The notes beneath the pieces were generated by a model. It was given only the letters and a program-made list of their open reading frames with translations. It was not told the origin of the DNA and ran no database searches. Shown here in pieces: positions 8,343 through 8,823 of a stretch of DNA of 8,823 bases; the first letter of the stretch is position 1, and each line of letters begins with the position of its first letter. The stretch spans positions 1 through 8,823 of the forward strand of contig NW_021828315.1 of NCBI RefSeq assembly GCF_006345805.1, read 5' to 3'. Origin of the DNA: Octopus sinensis (taxonomy: Eukaryota). The position numbers and the translations under genes were made by a program.

Positions 8343-8394
8343 CCAGTTTAGTCGCCAACGACCCGACCATGTAACAGGTTGTACTGGGTTACAT
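8343..8394 (-). ncRNA. HDV-like ribozyme fold at the RTE 5' end, with an abnormally short P3/L3
   Basis: Minus strand order: P1 ATGTAAC, P2 CCAGT, ACAACCT, P1' GTTACAT, GG, P4 TCG..TTGG..CGA, J4/2 CTAA, P2' ACTGG. Confidence 0.6.
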
Positions 8395-8423
8395 GGACAC
8401 GTCTGCCCATTCTCCTAGACACT

Positions 8424-8677
8424 CACATACATACGTAGCACGTGAATACAAACATACATACATACCTACGTATGGGCATACACACGTACATGTACGCACA
8501 CACATACATGGGCACAGGCATACAAGCGCGTATACATACATAGCACATGCGTACGTATGTATACACACATACATACACACATACATACATACATACACAT
8601 ACATACATAATACATACATCCATACATACATACATACATACAACATACGCACATACATACATATACATACATACGCA
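8424..8677. repeat. degenerate (TACA)n / (CA)n microsatellite
   Basis: Many CATA units with variants. Confidence 0.95.
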
Positions 8678-8823
8678 CAATAGTAAAACAATAGCTCTGA
8701 TATAGAGATAAAAATCTGATAATGGATTTTAGGGTATAGTTTTGGGAGTAAGCGTCGTAAATCACTTTCTAGCTTCGGCCCGGAGGAAGTTGAAATTTGA
8801 TAGCTTTGTGATGAGTGGTCACT

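Larger units (their letters stand above)
4455..8394 (-). mobile_element. Apparently full-length RTE-clade (RTE-BovB-like) non-LTR retrotransposon
   Basis: GC-richer ~3.9-kb block with a long 5' UTR and a single APE-RT ORF. The 3' end reads GGTCATCTTCGAACCGAAGGACGAAC + ATTATTAT, resembling RTE 3' ends. A candidate TSD flanks it. Confidence 0.93.

Noticed and set aside
8389-8765. Several ORFs rich in Y/V/C/M or H/T/Y/I
   Set aside because: They are translations of the (TACA)n microsatellite.
8680-8823. Possible continuation of the Naiad ORF beyond the RTE insertion
   Set aside because: No recognisable PLE motifs in any frame.

Overview
Repeat-dense, AT-rich eukaryotic non-genic DNA. The host is probably an animal, likely an invertebrate (inference). 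No host gene is evident. The largest feature is an apparently full-length RTE-clade (BovB-like) LINE on the minus strand (~4455-8394). It has a ~570-nt 5' UTR, one APE endonuclease-RT-C2H2 ORF broken by 7 frameshifts but with no premature stops, a short 3' UTR hairpin and an (ATT)n tail. An HDV-like ribozyme fold, with a too-short P3/L3, lies at the inferred 5' end. A Penelope-like element fragment of Naiad type (RT to GIY-YIG, minus strand, ~2885-4290) is bounded by microsatellites. A degenerate minimal type I hammerhead ribozyme (~1218-1272, minus) probably marks a second PLE 3' end or pseudo-LTR. Also present are a probable non-autonomous Helitron 5' end, a diverged ~290-bp tandem duplication and many microsatellites. 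All family assignments come from manual motif recognition; no database searches were run.
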